A DNA stretch of 57,716 nt from Tubiluchus corallicola (taxonomy: Eukaryota; Animalia; Priapulida). Shown piece after piece: positions 27,125-40,899 of the stretch (within the stretch, counting starts at the first letter, position 1; each line of letters opens with the position of its first letter). The stretch lies in assembly GCA_030141605.1 (NCBI GenBank), contig JAQGDQ010001168.1, positions 1 to 57,716 on the forward strand, written 5' to 3'. The notes below the pieces were generated by a model. That model did not search any database. It was not told where the DNA came from and worked only from the letters and a program-made list of their open reading frames with translations. The position numbers and the translations under genes were made by a program.

Positions 27125-28018
27125 CTGTAGTTCAGGATGTAGGTGCTCAGGCTGTGGCACAATGTCATGTTGTCCAGCAGCGCCCCCAGCGGGCGCAAGG
27201 GGTGGTCCACCTGCAACCAAAGGGTCTGTACTTTGGACCCTGACAACTTTGTTCCTGTTCAACCACCTCTTGACTTGTGTCTCAAAAAACATATTGTACT
27301 TCATAAACATCACGTAACATATGTACCACAATAGCAAGATGCTACTTTCCCATGATTCAATTATGCCGCCATGGAAAAATCCTATAAGCAGCCCTAATGA
27401 TACACTATAGAATACTACATCCCTAAATAACGGCCACCAGGTGAGTTCCAGCACAGTTCTACTAAACATGGCGCACATGCCAATAACAAAGAGAATGTTG
27501 AAGACAGCAGAGCCAACAATAGTACCTATACCCACGTTGCTGTGTGCAAAGAAGACACCGATGATGCTGGTGAACAACTCAGGTGCTGAACCGCCAGCCG
27601 CCATGAACGTGGCGCCCGCCACGTCATCGGCAATGTTTAATGAGTGCGTTATGACACCTAAAGCCGGCACGAAGAATTCATCACAAACTATTGCCAGCGC
27701 GACGAACATGTAGACCATACCGAGAATGTGAAGAATCACAGCACCATGTCGAAGTTGGGTCAGAGTGAAGGTTCTAGGAGGATAGATACCACCAGGCGTT
27801 GTACTCGCAGGCGTTGTCGATGTCATATTGGAGCTTTCGTTCCGCGTCTGTAGAAGTCGCCTCTGCTGAAAGACATCTGGGGCACCATATAATTCATGGG
27901 CCTGTCCCCCAATGTCCTTGATGTATATCTGATGCACCATTGAAAACAGGAACAAGCCAACTATAACCAGGAGCCGTAGAGCACGGGTCCTTTTTTGAAA
28001 GATGCTTGATAGTTCCAT
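27125..28018 (-). CDS. First coding exon (298 codons) of a K+-dependent Na+/Ca2+ exchanger, SLC24/NCKX family (NCKX2/Nckx30C-like)
   Basis: N-terminal hydrophobic segment, [24 protein letters not shown], alpha-1 repeat [39 protein letters not shown] and LTWWPLFRD. In-frame TAG four codons before the ATG. Splice donor CAG|GTAGGT after HPELQ (intron starts at 27124). Candidate acceptor TTTTCTGTTTTCAG ends at 28408. The alpha-2 half is not seen in the window. Confidence 0.95.
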
Positions 28019-29135
28019 GACCGTGAACTAAGAGTGATGACCAGTAATTTTTCCTCCTCTCACGTTTCTTCCATTGCTGACCACTCAGCGGTGCGTGTTC
28101 TCATAACTTTGGATTAGGTCAGTAATAGCATCCTCCACTGTTGCTATGACAAGAAACTTTGTGGGCAGCATCAGCATCAGTGGCGTGCTTAGCCAGGTGG
28201 TACAGATCAATAACCTGTCTTGATCTGACGGCGCTTGCTCCGATTCGCTGGCTGGCTTCAGCAGCTAGAATAGCCATTGTAAAGCACGTGATCAACGGCA
28301 CCCTATTTGGGCGTTGCCATGGCGACTGCTTATTCTGCGAAAATGCTAGTCAGATGTGTTTATCAACATGCCGTGATAATTTATTATGAAAATTTACATA
28401 GATGAAGCTGAAAACAGAAAAGTCTTCATGAAGACGCTTTCAATATACAGAAGGGGAGTCAATGAGCAGAAGAAAAAGGACAGAATCAGCGTCCTGTTAT
28501 TTTTGACCTTTAATATGTTTCTTTCTCTTCTTCATGTGCCAAGTACTTTAGAGGCTTGAAACACCTGAACAGTTAATATACAGATGCAACAAAGCAGACG
28601 CTAATTGAAGAAAATACCTATTAGAAACCCTGCAGGGAGAGAACATAAGCAGTGTAATTTTAGAAAAAAGACGAAGCATTAAATAAAGCTTTGGTTCATT
28701 TTGTGATAGACGGTTTTATCTTTTCAGTTTTGGGATGTAAAAGAGCTCATCCACACATGTGTATAGATATTTAAATACTTGTATGTGTATAACTCAGGCA
28801 AAATTTGTCTTGGTTTTATTGTAAATTTTAGCAAAAGTCCTTGTTCTTATGTAAGTAAAGCGTACATGTAGAAAAGTTTGTCACTTTTAATATTTTCCTA
28901 ATTGTGCAATCTAAATAATCCCAGTGAATGAATTCTGTAATTATGGACCCCAATTATCATATAAATAATTGCTAAAATGTTGCATAAGCAAGTATATGGT
29001 GCAGGTATTAAGGATATAATTATAATTGACCGTATTGTATATATATATACTCTTATATCATAATACAGTGCAGAATTATCAGCCTGCAAATAGAGGCCTT
29101 GCAAGTATATATATATATTGTGCAAATAAAGATTT

Positions 29136-29184
29136 ATCATTATCATCATCATCATAATCATCATCATCATCATCGTCATCATTG

Positions 29185-29271
<87 letters not shown>

Positions 29272-29293
29272 CCATCACCATCATCATCGTCAC

Positions 29294-29325
<32 letters not shown>

Positions 29326-29365
29326 CCATCATCATCATCATCGTCGTCGTCGTCATCATTATCAT
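29136..29365. repeat. (CAT)n microsatellite
   Basis: Directly visible; source of the poly-H/M/S ORFs. Confidence 0.97.
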
Positions 29366-30187
29366 TTAGAGGCTTTCATAACTTGTAATCTCATTTCACT
29401 TAAGAAATGCAGTCATTGCCATTGGCGTAGTAATCATTCTTTCTAACACTGACTGTGGTTGAATGGTGGTGACAGTGACGGTGGTGGTGGTGGTGAAGGT
29501 GGTGCTGATGATAACAGAGGGCGCAGAGATGGCACCTCTGGTGGTCGAAAGAGAAAGCCTGGACAAAAATGGCGCCAGTTTTAAAAATCTACTCAATTGG
29601 TAATAGCAAAAATAATAAAATAATCAAGTAAATGAAAGAAAGACCTTAGATACGTAATGCAGGAATTCTAACAGGTTATTGATACTGACATCAGTATGCA
29701 GTGCGCCATTTTGCTCTGATTGCTCTCGCCAGATGTGTGTGAACACGCCCTAAGGAAACTGGCTTGAATAAATTGCACAAGTGTTTGATTGAGGAGACAG
29801 CGATCAATATATTCCGCTGAACATTGATGAACAAACAGAGATATTGATATGCAGACTTCTTAAACGAAAATACCCGTCAGAGATTCTGGACTGAGGCACT
29901 GAATGTGTAATCAGAGTCGCCATTATTCTAGCTGTATTCAGCGAGACTTGCAGAGAATTTCAAATGATCTTTCAAAAAGGCGAAAACCATTCGTCTCTTT
30001 TTGAATAACACTTTAGTGACTATACTGAGGAGCTTATTGTCTCTTTGTCACTTCATACCACATTTCACGAATAAATCATAAATCATTAAAATCGTCAATT
30101 CTGTATAATATCCAAGGGCAAATTAATGTTGAACATTTGCAAAACGTAAAAAATGAACATGAAATTTTGTCAAATTACGTTATCATC

Positions 30188-30440
30188 AGAACAATGAAGT
30201 AATATAAAACGTATTACTAGAGAGTGATGCTAACTTTGCCTAGTACATGAACGTTGAACAATGAACATGAACATGAACATGAACAATGAAGAAATATAAA
30301 ACGTATTACTAGAGAGTGACGTTAAGTTTGCGTAGTACATGAACGTTCGCATTTAAACCTTCAAACGATGATAATCAACTTAACAATCAGGCAACTTAAC
30401 AATCAGGCAACTTAACAATCAGGCAACATATCAATCAAGC
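30188..30440. repeat. Local duplication with (ATGAAC)n, followed by a 16-bp tandem repeat
   Basis: AATATAAAACGTATTACTAGAGAGTGA occurs twice; CAACTTAACAATCAGG occurs ~3-4 times. Confidence 0.8.
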
Positions 30441-31411
30441 ATTGGGATGCAATCATTGGACAACCTTCATCACTTCGTACGGATTATGATGGAGGGCTCA
30501 AGCGTTTTTCGGATGTTTTAGGTTGAGAAGAGGTTTATCGAAAGAAAATGAATTAAAACAGTTCGTGGCCATGACAGGCAGAAGTTCAATACTCGATTGT
30601 AACAGATTTGTCCGTTATTCACTGTTGAAAATCGACTATGATTGAGTTGAATCGACTATGACGTTGAACAAAGATAGTTGGCGCTTTTTCATAACGTGGC
30701 TAGATTTTCACTTTAATTTGGTTGGGCTAAGTATTTCACTGGGTCTAAGTGTTGTTTCAAACACACATGGTCAACAATAGGACAACTTCCGAATAGACGT
30801 GCACTTGTTTTGCTGTTGTGACATCCTTGCAAACGTTTTTGTTAATGCCGATATTTTTTATTGTATGTGCTGCTACAGAAGACTATTGAAGCCTGGTACT
30901 ATTTTAAATCTCCTCTAACCAGAGTGAAACGATGACACTTCGTCGGGATTATTTAATTACGTTATTTCTAAAATCGGAAATCACGTGGGGCGGGTGAAAA
31001 CCGGAACACAATGGCCCCGATGTTCTTTGATTTAAATCCCAGAGTATTAAACCAATCTAGAAGTTTCTACAGGGATTTTCACTCACTTTAAAACTTACAG
31101 AAAGTGATTATTCTGCGCCTATAATTCAATTTTCTTTCACAAATTTTCAAGTAGCGGTTTTTGCTCTTGGGAGCCAGAATAGATTCTCACGCAGTGAACG
31201 TAATGTGAAATGGCAAAGCTATTATGATACGACAACAAAATCTGTTTTGCGGGGGATCAAGACTTTTTATCTTTTTGCTAGATTAGTGAAGCTCATTTTC
31301 AAAAGGGAGGTGAATAAGAAACGGAAATTTTAAAATGACGTCGTAACTGTGACGACTACACTCCTGATGTAGGTTGTTTAGTATTTATTTTTCTAATACG
31401 CATTTCTTTAA

Positions 31412-31959
31412 AGGAAAACCGAATGATTGTGTAAACATTAGTTCAGAATAAAGAATGCTCTAAAATATTGAAAACTACAATAGCTTTTTTTAAATCAAAG
31501 CTCAGATTAAATAATAATTACCTCGGATACTCAAATTTCGTTAAACTTTTAAAGCTACGCGCGGCGCAGTGAATCTAGTAAGATTGGCAGTGGCGCCTTT
31601 TTGTCACATTCGCATGGCTGACAAATAGAAGGCGGTACCGTGAAAAGCATGATCATGAACTGTTGTGTTAGTTTCTGACGTCATATGATGTAGAGCCCAT
31701 TTTCGTGACATCATGCGCTTAAACAGTACTCTAACACTTACTCAAACGTACTTGACGCGCAAGGGAAGACGCCTGCCATTGCATAAACTGTGGTTAGTTT
31801 GTGACGTACGCAATAGCTGTGTTTGGTTGCCGTTAATTAACTTTCTAAGCTAATTATTCAAATATAAGAAACAATTGTTAACTTTTATAAGCAAGAAAAT
31901 GTATGTTTCGGACAGTAAATTAAAATGAGATTGAGTCTAAACAATCGTCCGGTCTTCGT
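31412..31959 (+). mobile_element. Non-autonomous DNA transposon (MITE, 548 bp), TTAA TSD, Kolobok-like
   Basis: TTAA|AGGAAAACCGAATGATTGTGTA...ACAATCGTCCGGTCTTCGT|TTAA. Purine-start termini with TTAA fit Kolobok better than piggyBac (CCY termini). Confidence 0.85.
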
Positions 31960-32954
31960 TTAATCATAGTACTAGTATAGTACTGTTGTACAAAGCTATG
32001 ACTTCAGTTTGCTGATTTTGGACGTCGGATGTGGCGAGTTAAGCAAAAATGCGTTTTTTCACACTGTCTGCGGTAATACACGTTTGCCGTTAGCAATGAT
32101 GTATAGAAGCGGGTTTATAGAGCAAATCCACCTGGCCATCACATCATTTTTTCCTGTTACATTCGTGCTTAATCATCCAATTCAATATGGCGATTTTTTC
32201 TTACCCACTTTAGTAATTAGAAGCCGTTTGCTTTGCTGAATTATTGATAAGCGTGTCTTGGTAAATTATGTATTTATTTTTAAGGTTTTTAAGGAAGGCG
32301 GAACAAAGTAGCTGCTGCGGGCGTGACGTGCACTTAGTGCCATGGAAGCTCACTAGAACTCATTGCCCTCGATAAGCGAGGATGACGTGATCGATCACAC
32401 GATTTTACCTGAAAAAAGATTTGCGACAGTCTACGGTAGCTGCAAACCTACAGGGCGCTCGAAAAAACAGTTACATTTCATAATAAGGCAACTTCCATAA
32501 TTTATTACAAGCGGAGCTATGTTAGTAAAGCGAACTTCACATTATACTTTGTCTGTGAATTATGTCATTAGTTTTATTGGGTTTTATAACACAAAATCAT
32601 ATTTTAACGTCATATTATCAGTTAAAAAAATTTAGGTTACGAAGTCATAATTTGTAGTGTTCTTTCTCATACCTAGTTTTTCACCTAAAAGCGATTCAGA
32701 TATATTTTCAATTGTTTCGTGCAGAATACGGCTTTACGCTAATCTCACGTAGCCCTATAGGGAGAATTCAGCAATTAAGATTATATTGTAAGCTTACTGT
32801 GCTACACATTTGCAAAGATTAGTTACACCTTTTTAAACCTGATCAGTGAATTTCAGTACCATTTTTTTATTTTATAATCACCATTAATTTAGTGTGTATA
32901 TCATAAAATGATAATGACAATATTATTTTTATTAGCGATACTCACTGTCACCCT

Positions 32955-33285
32955 GCAATCGTGGAGATGACTCGTATCACATAGCATTTGCGTCGTGGAG
33001 ATAACTTGTACCACATAGCATTTGCATCGTGGAGATAACATGTATCACATAGCATTTGCATCGTGGAGATAACATGTATCACACAGCATTTGCATCGTGG
33101 AGATAACATGTATCACATAGCATTTGCATCGTGGAGATAACATGTATCACATAGCATTTGCATCGTGGAGATAACATGTATCACATAGCATTTGCATCGT
33201 GGAGATAACATGTATCACATAGCATTTGCATCGTGTAGATAACATGTATCACATAGCATTTGCATCGTGGAGATAACATGTATCA
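32955..33285. repeat. 34-bp minisatellite, ~10 copies
   Basis: Unit TCGTGGAGATAACATGTATCACATAGCATTTGCA at 33061, 33095 and onward. Confidence 0.95.
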
Positions 33286-33445
33286 GACGTTAACTATATT
33301 GTAATTATCAGAATTAGCTCACAAAAAATAACAAGGAAAAAAACTTATAAAAAAGGTGAGTTTTCATTCTAGCAGTTTTGTCCAGCAAGTTCAAAATAAG
33401 TTCAGTAAGGTCCCATTTGGCTTCTCTGTATGTAAGAGTGCAAGA

Positions 33446-33777
33446 TATTGTACTGAACACCCCCTTTCACGCTATAAATGTAAGTTTCTATTCAAGCCAA
33501 GTTATGTATTTGGCCTGTATAAAAGCATTCGTCTCTGCTCTTTTGCTTGTCCAGTTAGTGTAATCCGTGATGGCGTAAACTCTATTTCATCATTATATTT
33601 GAATCTTTTTCATGTAATTTGCCAATAAAAGTATAGTTTTTCTTACGCATCATTCTGTTGTTTTGAGGATGGATGTTAGAAGAGTTACAGACTGCTTGGG
33701 CTCCGCATCTTCTGGTACCGAACCAACCTGGGCAGTTTTAGCCTTTGTGGGTGAGGTACCGCCGGCAGTTCAATATA
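33446..33777. repeat. Diverged dispersed repeat, copy 2 (homologous to 11533-11861)
   Basis: Colinear with copy 1, same orientation. Confidence 0.85.
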
Positions 33778-34264
33778 TTGCATGGACTGGACTGGCGAAA
33801 ATTCAATTGTTTGGTTGAATCTGTAGTTCCAGCTTAAAACACTAATGCCATACGAAAGTTAAGGTGAGTCAGTGGTTGTAGCCAAGTTATACAATTATCT
33901 CAATGTGTCTAGTGCACATCATTTTCAGTTATTATACAATTATCTCAATGTGTCTACTGCACATCATTTTCAGTTATTTTACAGCGATTACAGGTGTCAG
34001 GACACATTACACATAAGCCTATTTAAATTTATTTGACCTTGTTTTAAGTATCTGTAGTGATCTGTAACAAAGATTGCTGGCATTGCTAGTAAAGGGAAAT
34101 TAGCGACTCGGGTTTTTACAGATTATTACAATTTTTTTGTAATTGTAATGTGTTTTACAAACTTGTAATGTTGTACTGGCGACTGGCACAAGCAAAGAGT
34201 TGCAAATCAATTATTAATTTTATTATTTAAACATTTAAAGATTAATATCGTTTACATAGTAATC

Positions 34265-34365
34265 GGGCGGCCCAGCTCAATGGCAGCGTGCTCGCTTACC
34301 ACCCGGGAGGTCGTGGGTTCAACTCTCAACCGAGTCGTACCAAAGACTTGAAAACGATACCGCCG
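34265..34365 (+). mobile_element. tRNA-derived SINE 5' portion (possibly MetaSINE-type)
   Basis: A box-like CAGCTCAATGG and B box-like GGTTCAACTC, followed by CCGAGTCGTACCAAAGACTTGAAAA, which from memory resembles the start of the Meta domain. Confidence 0.6.
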
Positions 34366-34489
34366 GTTCTTTGACCAACTGGGTTTATCAGAGTAACGCG
34401 CGGGTTATAATAATCGGTTTCCACCTTGGAAATAAGTATTAAGTTACTTAAAAGTGTCATCCTTGGATTATGTCCTAAACAAAATTATT

Positions 34490-35531
34490 ATAACGGAAGG
34501 TGCTAGAATCTGCATTGCTCTCGTCCATACTTTATGGGTGCGAAGCCTGGATATGTGGCAGTGCCCGTATTGGCGAGGTTCCGTACCGCACTACTATTAA
34601 AGCTCTACTGGGGGTTCGTACATCTACAACAAACGATGTGTGCTTGCTAGAACTTGGCATGCCCTCACTTGAAGCGAGGGTAAAAAACGTACAAAAAAAG
34701 TTCGTCTCGAAGTTGGTAAGCCAGCGTCACGCTATGACGGATGACCCGTTTATGCTGGTATGGAATTTATGTAAAGATACGCGAACAAAGGGATACAAAT
34801 ATTTAGACAATGTTATGTCTACAGCGGATCACGTACATATAGATGTAGAGAGACGAAAGACTCATGTCCGAGTTTCTAATCGTACAAAATGCAAGACTTA
34901 TTTAGAAATAAATCCCAATTTGACCGTGTATCCAATGTATGGGAAGACAGAGTTACCTGAGCACAAACGTATAATCATCACAAGAATAAGGGTCTCATCA
35001 CACAATCTAGCTATAGAAACAGGTCGTTGGGCAAATGTACCTCGTGAGCGCAGGCTGTGTCTTTGAGGAGAAATTCAGACAGAAGAGCATTTTTTGTGCG
35101 AGTGCCATGAAAATGCACTTTATAGATCACTGTACGCATTAAATTATAGTAATATTGCAAATTTATTTGATGGAGAATTAACGTCAATAGGTAGTTTCAT
35201 TTACGACTGTATGCAAGATTTGCGAATTAAATAGTATAGCTTTGTTAGCGGATATATAACCGCATCACGGAGATCATCATATAGGTAAAATATTTGTTTA
35301 ATACATGTGTACAAATGCTTAGTAAATAGTTTTATTTTTCGCTTTATGGAGCTTACAACTAAATTTGTATATCTGTATGTATACCTGTGCAGCTATGTTG
35401 AGTAAAATTGTTAGTACGATCTGGAAATCATTACCTGAGCTCTGCCCGCTGATAAAACCATCGGGTGTAATTTGTAATTTTTGTGTTGGAAATGTGATTT
35501 TCAGAAATAAAATATCTATCTATCTATCTAT
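34490..35531 (+). mobile_element. 5'-truncated non-LTR retrotransposon (ORF2 C-terminus, 3' UTR, tail)
   Basis: SILYGCEAW...RIRVSSHNLAIETGRWANVPRERRLCL*GEIQTEEHFLCEC, with a premature TGA at 35064-35066 in the Cys/His motif; frame continues to ~35234. AATAAA at ~35506 followed by a (TATC)n tail. Confidence 0.88.
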
Positions 35532-35823
35532 AAATTATTATACGTCAAATTATTTGTTTTTGAGACTGTTAATTTATCAAACACAAATAGCCACGTATTA
35601 TCTTAGACTCCAGGAAATTAAATTAATTGTCATACTTCTGACAGCTTGAGGTACCAACGGAAATTTAACATATCAACTAGTTTGTATGCCGTGATCATGC
35701 GCAGCGTAGATAGTTATCATCATATTTACATTAATTTTCGCGTAGGTCGCATATATAATCGGATTGAAAACTTTGTGTCACAGACTGGTCACTTTTAGAC
35801 CTGTCTGTTAAATGTTCTATTAA

Positions 35824-36371
35824 GGGAAGACCGGACGATTGTTTAGACTCAATCTCATTTTAATTTACTGTCCAAAATATACATTTCTTGCCTATAAAAT
35901 TTGACAATTGTTCTTTATATTTGAATTATTAGCTTAGAAGGTTAATGAACGGCAACCGAACACAGCTATTGCTTACGTCAGAGACTAACCACAGTTTGTG
36001 CAATGGCAGGCATCTTCCCTTGCACGTCAAGCACGTTTGCGTAGGTGTTACAGTACTGTTTAAATGCATGATGTCACGAAAAATGGGCTCTACATCATAT
36101 GACGTCAGAAACTAACACTGCAGTTCATGATCATGCTTATCACGGTACCTCCTTCTATTTGTCGGCCACGCGAATGTGACAAAAAGGCGCCACTGCCAAT
36201 CTTAGTAGATTCACTGAGCCGCGCGTAGCTTTGTAAGTTTAACGAAATTTGAGTATCAGAAGTAATTTTTATTTAATCTAAACTTTGATTTGAAATGAGC
36301 TATCGTAGTTTTCAATATTTTAGGGCATTCTTTATTCTGAACTCCTGCTTACACAATCATTCGGTTTTCCT
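35824..36371 (-). mobile_element. TTAA-flanked MITE copy (548 bp), opposite orientation
   Basis: TTAA|GGGAAGACCGGACGATTGTTTAGAC...CACAATCATTCGGTTTTCCT|TTAA; reverse complement of 31412-31959. Confidence 0.88.
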
Positions 36372-36551
36372 TTAAGATTATCAAAAAGTGTAATGTATGT
36401 GTGCAAAATGTTTGGACGCGTGTAATAAAGTAGCGCCATCTCTCGACAACCCCGGGAACCCTGGGAATAGTGTTTCGTTATGTCAGCATATGTAAAGATA
36501 GCGATTTATTGTGCATATTAGCTTGAGCCTTGTATCTCATATTTTTGCCTG

Positions 36552-36742
<191 letters not shown>

Positions 36743-37255
36743 TCATATTAGTGACATTTTAATTATTAATCTAGCTAAACCTGAGGTTATGGTTTCGCCT
36801 TTTAATGGAAATCTTTTCATGAAGCTCTTTGCGTACGTCAGACCTATATGTTTCGTTTCACATTACTGAAAGGGAAGGATCCATTGGTTCAAAATGTTAA
36901 TAATCAATTTTACAAAGGGAATCATAAAAAATACTAACAAAGTTTCGTGTTCTCGGTTTCTTTTTGGGGTGTCAAAAATTGGGAGTAAACAGGGGGTAAT
37001 GTATTCGTTCTCGAAACGGTAAATAGTAGATTTGAATAAATTTCGTGTAATGTACTAATGTGAATATCTTTGAGAAAGTATCAGTATGATAATGCAGAAT
37101 CTGCTTGAAAATATTGTTTATAACTTTATAAGTTTGTTCCGTGTACATGTAAGCAGTCAAGTCCAACTCTTTGAAAATAGTTATGCTTATGAGCTACTGG
37201 TTTAAGTCATTACCCTGTGTTTGTATTGCCTTGGGCACTTTTGTAATTAGGCACC

Positions 37256-37295
37256 TATAATAATAATAATAATAATAATAATGATAATAATAATA

Positions 37296-37372
<77 letters not shown>

Positions 37373-37596
37373 AGCAACAGCAACAGCTACTGCTGCTGCT
37401 GCTGCTGCTGCTACTGCTACTGCTACTGCTACTGCTACTGCTGCTACTACTGCTGCTACTACTACTACTACTACTACTACTACTCTTGCTACTGCTGCTG
37501 CTGCTACTGCTACTGCTACTGCTACTGCTACTGCTACTGCTACTGCTACTGCTACTGCTACTGCTACTGCTACTGCTACTGCTACTGCTACTGCTG

Positions 37597-37629
<33 letters not shown>

Positions 37630-37704
37630 TTGCTACTGCTACTGCTACTGCTACTGCTACTGCTACTGCTACTGCTACTGCTACTGCTACTGCTACTGCT
37701 ACTG

Positions 37705-37787
<83 letters not shown>
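37256..37787. repeat. Compound microsatellite (ATA)n-(ATG)n-(CTG/CTA/CTGCTA)n
   Basis: Directly visible. Confidence 0.96.
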
Positions 37788-38682
37788 GTGCTATGAGGCA
37801 GCTCAATAATCATAGACTAGATCCAAACTTATACATCAAACTTTTGAATTTGTCTAGAGGCACAAGAATATTTTTCCTTCAGGTTTTGTCTGATGTTTAA
37901 TACTTCGCTGTTTTCAGCTGTTAACACATTTATGTTGTGATTGTTGCTTTATCCAGTCCAGAGTACATTCCTTTTTACTTTGACGTCACATAAGGTTGCT
38001 CCATATCACATCATTTTTAATCAACGATTTATTTCCTGTAATGTCACTCGACCATGACCAAATCTTAGTAATTATTTCATTCTGGGTCAATGGTTCATAC
38101 CTTGCAGTTCCAATGAGACACAATTTTGTGAGTTATATTTAGACAGACCCGATTTTTCCCATAAAATAAATTGCTAATCGATAATAATCGATAAACTGAT
38201 AATTGTTCCGTCGATCGTTCCAAAAAATTTGCAAATTTTCTATTTGTAATCAACCATAAATTCACGAATAATGAAATAAAATTGAGCAATGAGACCTTTA
38301 CTTTCAGAGGTCTTTATTAGCTACAATCTACATTTATTTTTTTAATATTATTTACACACAAGCAAAGATTAAAAACAAATTTCTATACAATTGACATCGT
38401 ATAATAAATAATGTGGGGATCCCCTCAGATGTCAAATTACTTACCGAGCGTCTCCCTCATTATTTCTTTTATGATTTGTGATTTATTTGCTATTTAAAAA
38501 ATTGTTTTTAATTATTGTCTTTCATGTGACATGTACGTAAATATTGCGTGAGTAAACGATCAAAAAAGTAGCAATTTAGCAAAATTTTTTATAACGATTT
38601 CCGTGATGAAATGCAGACGTGGTTACATGACAATTTTGTTTTGGTAGTGACCTCTGTTGAGATTTTAGGCGTGTGATATTAA

Positions 38683-39240
38683 AGGAAAACCGGACGATTG
38701 TGTAGACATTAGATCAGAATAAAAAATGCGAATAATGAAAACTACAATAAAAAATCAATAATTTGTTTTTTTTAAATCAAAGCTTAGATTAAATAATAAT
38801 TACCTCGGATACTCAAATTTCGTTAAACTTTTAAAGCTACGCGCGGCTCAGTGAATCTACTAAGATTGGCAGCGGCGCCTTTTTGTCACATTCGCGTGGC
38901 CGACAAATAGAAGGCGGTACCGTTATAAGCATTATCATGAACTGCAGTGTTAGTTTCTGACGTCATATGATGTAGAGCGCATTTTTGTGATATCATGCAT
39001 TTAAGCAGTACTGTAACACTTATGCAAACGTGTTTGACGCGCAAGGGAAGACCCCTGCCATTGCACAAACTGTGGTTAGTTTCTGACGTAAGCAATAGCT
39101 GTGTTCAGTTGCCGTTAATTAAATTTCTAAGCTAATTATTCAAATATAAGGAACAATAGTTAACTTTTGTAGGCAAGAAAATGCATATTTTGGACAGTAA
39201 ATTAAAGTGAGATTGAGTCTAAACAATACCCGGTCTTCCT
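38683..39240 (+). mobile_element. TTAA-flanked MITE copy (558 bp)
   Basis: TTAA|AGGAAAACCGGACGATTGTGTAGAC...GTCTAAACAATACCCGGTCTTCCT|TTAA. Confidence 0.9.
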
Positions 39241-39579
39241 TTAACTATTTTCCTATCCTAAAGCTTGATAAAACTGCCATCAGGTGGCGCCAAAAAGTCA
39301 CGAGATATTTCACTTACAAATGATAAAAGTTACAAGCAGCGCGATTTGTGCGTGACATATTAATTATTATTTTGTAACTTATTTGTTATTGGACGCATAA
39401 ATTTCGCATAATAAGTCTACAGTAGACTTTCGTTCTCTTATTTAGACATGCTCAGATTAGCATGAACATGAACATGAACTTGGTCAGATTAGTATGAACA
39501 TGAACATGAACTTGGTCAGATTAGTATGAACATGTCATAGATCGAGGATGCAAAGACTGGCAAGCTTGAGATTATTACC

Positions 39580-40435
39580 GCGGTATTAAAACTGAAATAG
39601 AGAACTTTTCGCGAGAGAACAGTTTTCAACTCTAGGCCCTGCGGTATTAAAACTGAAATAGAGAACTTTTCTCAAGAGAACAGTTTTCAACTCTAGGCCC
39701 TGCAGTATTAAAACTGAAATAGAGAACTTTTCTCGAGAGAACAGTTTTCAACTCTAGGCCCTGCGGTATTAAAACTGAAATAGAGAACTTTTCTCGAGAG
39801 AACAGTTTTCAACTCTTGGTCCTGCGGTATTAAAACTGAAATAGAGAACTTTTCTCGAGAGAACAGTTTTCAACTCTGGGTCCTGCGGTATTAAAACTGA
39901 AATAGAGAACTTTTCTCGAGAGAACAGTTTTCAACTCTGGGTCCTGCGGTATTAAAACTGAAATATAGAACTTTTCTCGAGAGAACAATTTTCAACTCTA
40001 GGCCCTGCGGTATTAAAACTGAAATAGAGAACTTTTCTCGAGAGAACAGTTTTTAACTCTAGGCCCTGCGGTATTGAAACTGAAATAGAGAACTTTTCTC
40101 GAGAGAACAGTTTTCAACTCTAGGCCCTGCGGTATTAAAACTGAAATAGAGAACTTTTCTCGAGAGAACAGTTTTCAACTCTAGGCCCTGCAGTATTAAA
40201 ACTGAAATAGAGAACTTTTCTCGAGAGAACAGTTTTCAACTCTAGACCCTGCGGTATTAAAACTGAAATAGAGAACTTTTCTGGAGAGAACAGTTTTCAA
40301 CTCTGGGCCCTGCGGTATTAAAACTGGAATAGAGAACTTTTCTCGAGAGAACAGTTTTCAACTCTGGGCCCTGCGGTATTAAAACTGAAATAGAGAACTT
40401 TTTTCGAGAGAACATTTTTCAACTCTGGGCCCTGC
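39580..40435. repeat. 61-bp minisatellite, ~14 copies
   Basis: Unit GCGGTATTAAAACTGAAATAGAGAACTTTTCTCGAGAGAACAGTTTTCAACTCTAGGCCCT at 39641, 39702 and onward. Confidence 0.96.
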
Positions 40436-40899
40436 TAGAAACTATCTAACGTAGCTTTCTTTCGATTTACTTTTGCTGAAATCTCAAAAGAACTTACGTG
40501 TATCAAAGAAACTGTCTAAAGAAATACCCCCAAGAGGAATGTCGTAAAAATGTTGCTGGCCAAGACGGTCGAGTCATTCAGCGCAAGAAGTTTTATTTCA
40601 GTCAACAGGGTTTCTTTTTTGACAGTAGAGCAATATGGTACTGACGTCCGTGAATAGCCTACAGCTGTTTATTTCTTAAACCACCCTAGCGTAAACACAA
40701 CAAACACCAGTAGGACTTTAGTCACGATGGTTTTATTATGTTTACACGCTCATAAATCCGGCGCTTGTCTGCAGCATTTTGCTACTTCATGTGTGTAATT
40801 AGATTTTATAGGAGCAGGGAGCCTCAGTAGAACTGTGTTTGTTGAATACGGTCTAGAGACTCTTGCCTTTGAGATATACACGTGGTGAACTGTTCCTAT

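Noticed and set aside
39580-40435. Heat-shock element array
   Set aside because: GAA/TTC triplets do not keep the alternating nGAAn phase over three units without several mismatches.
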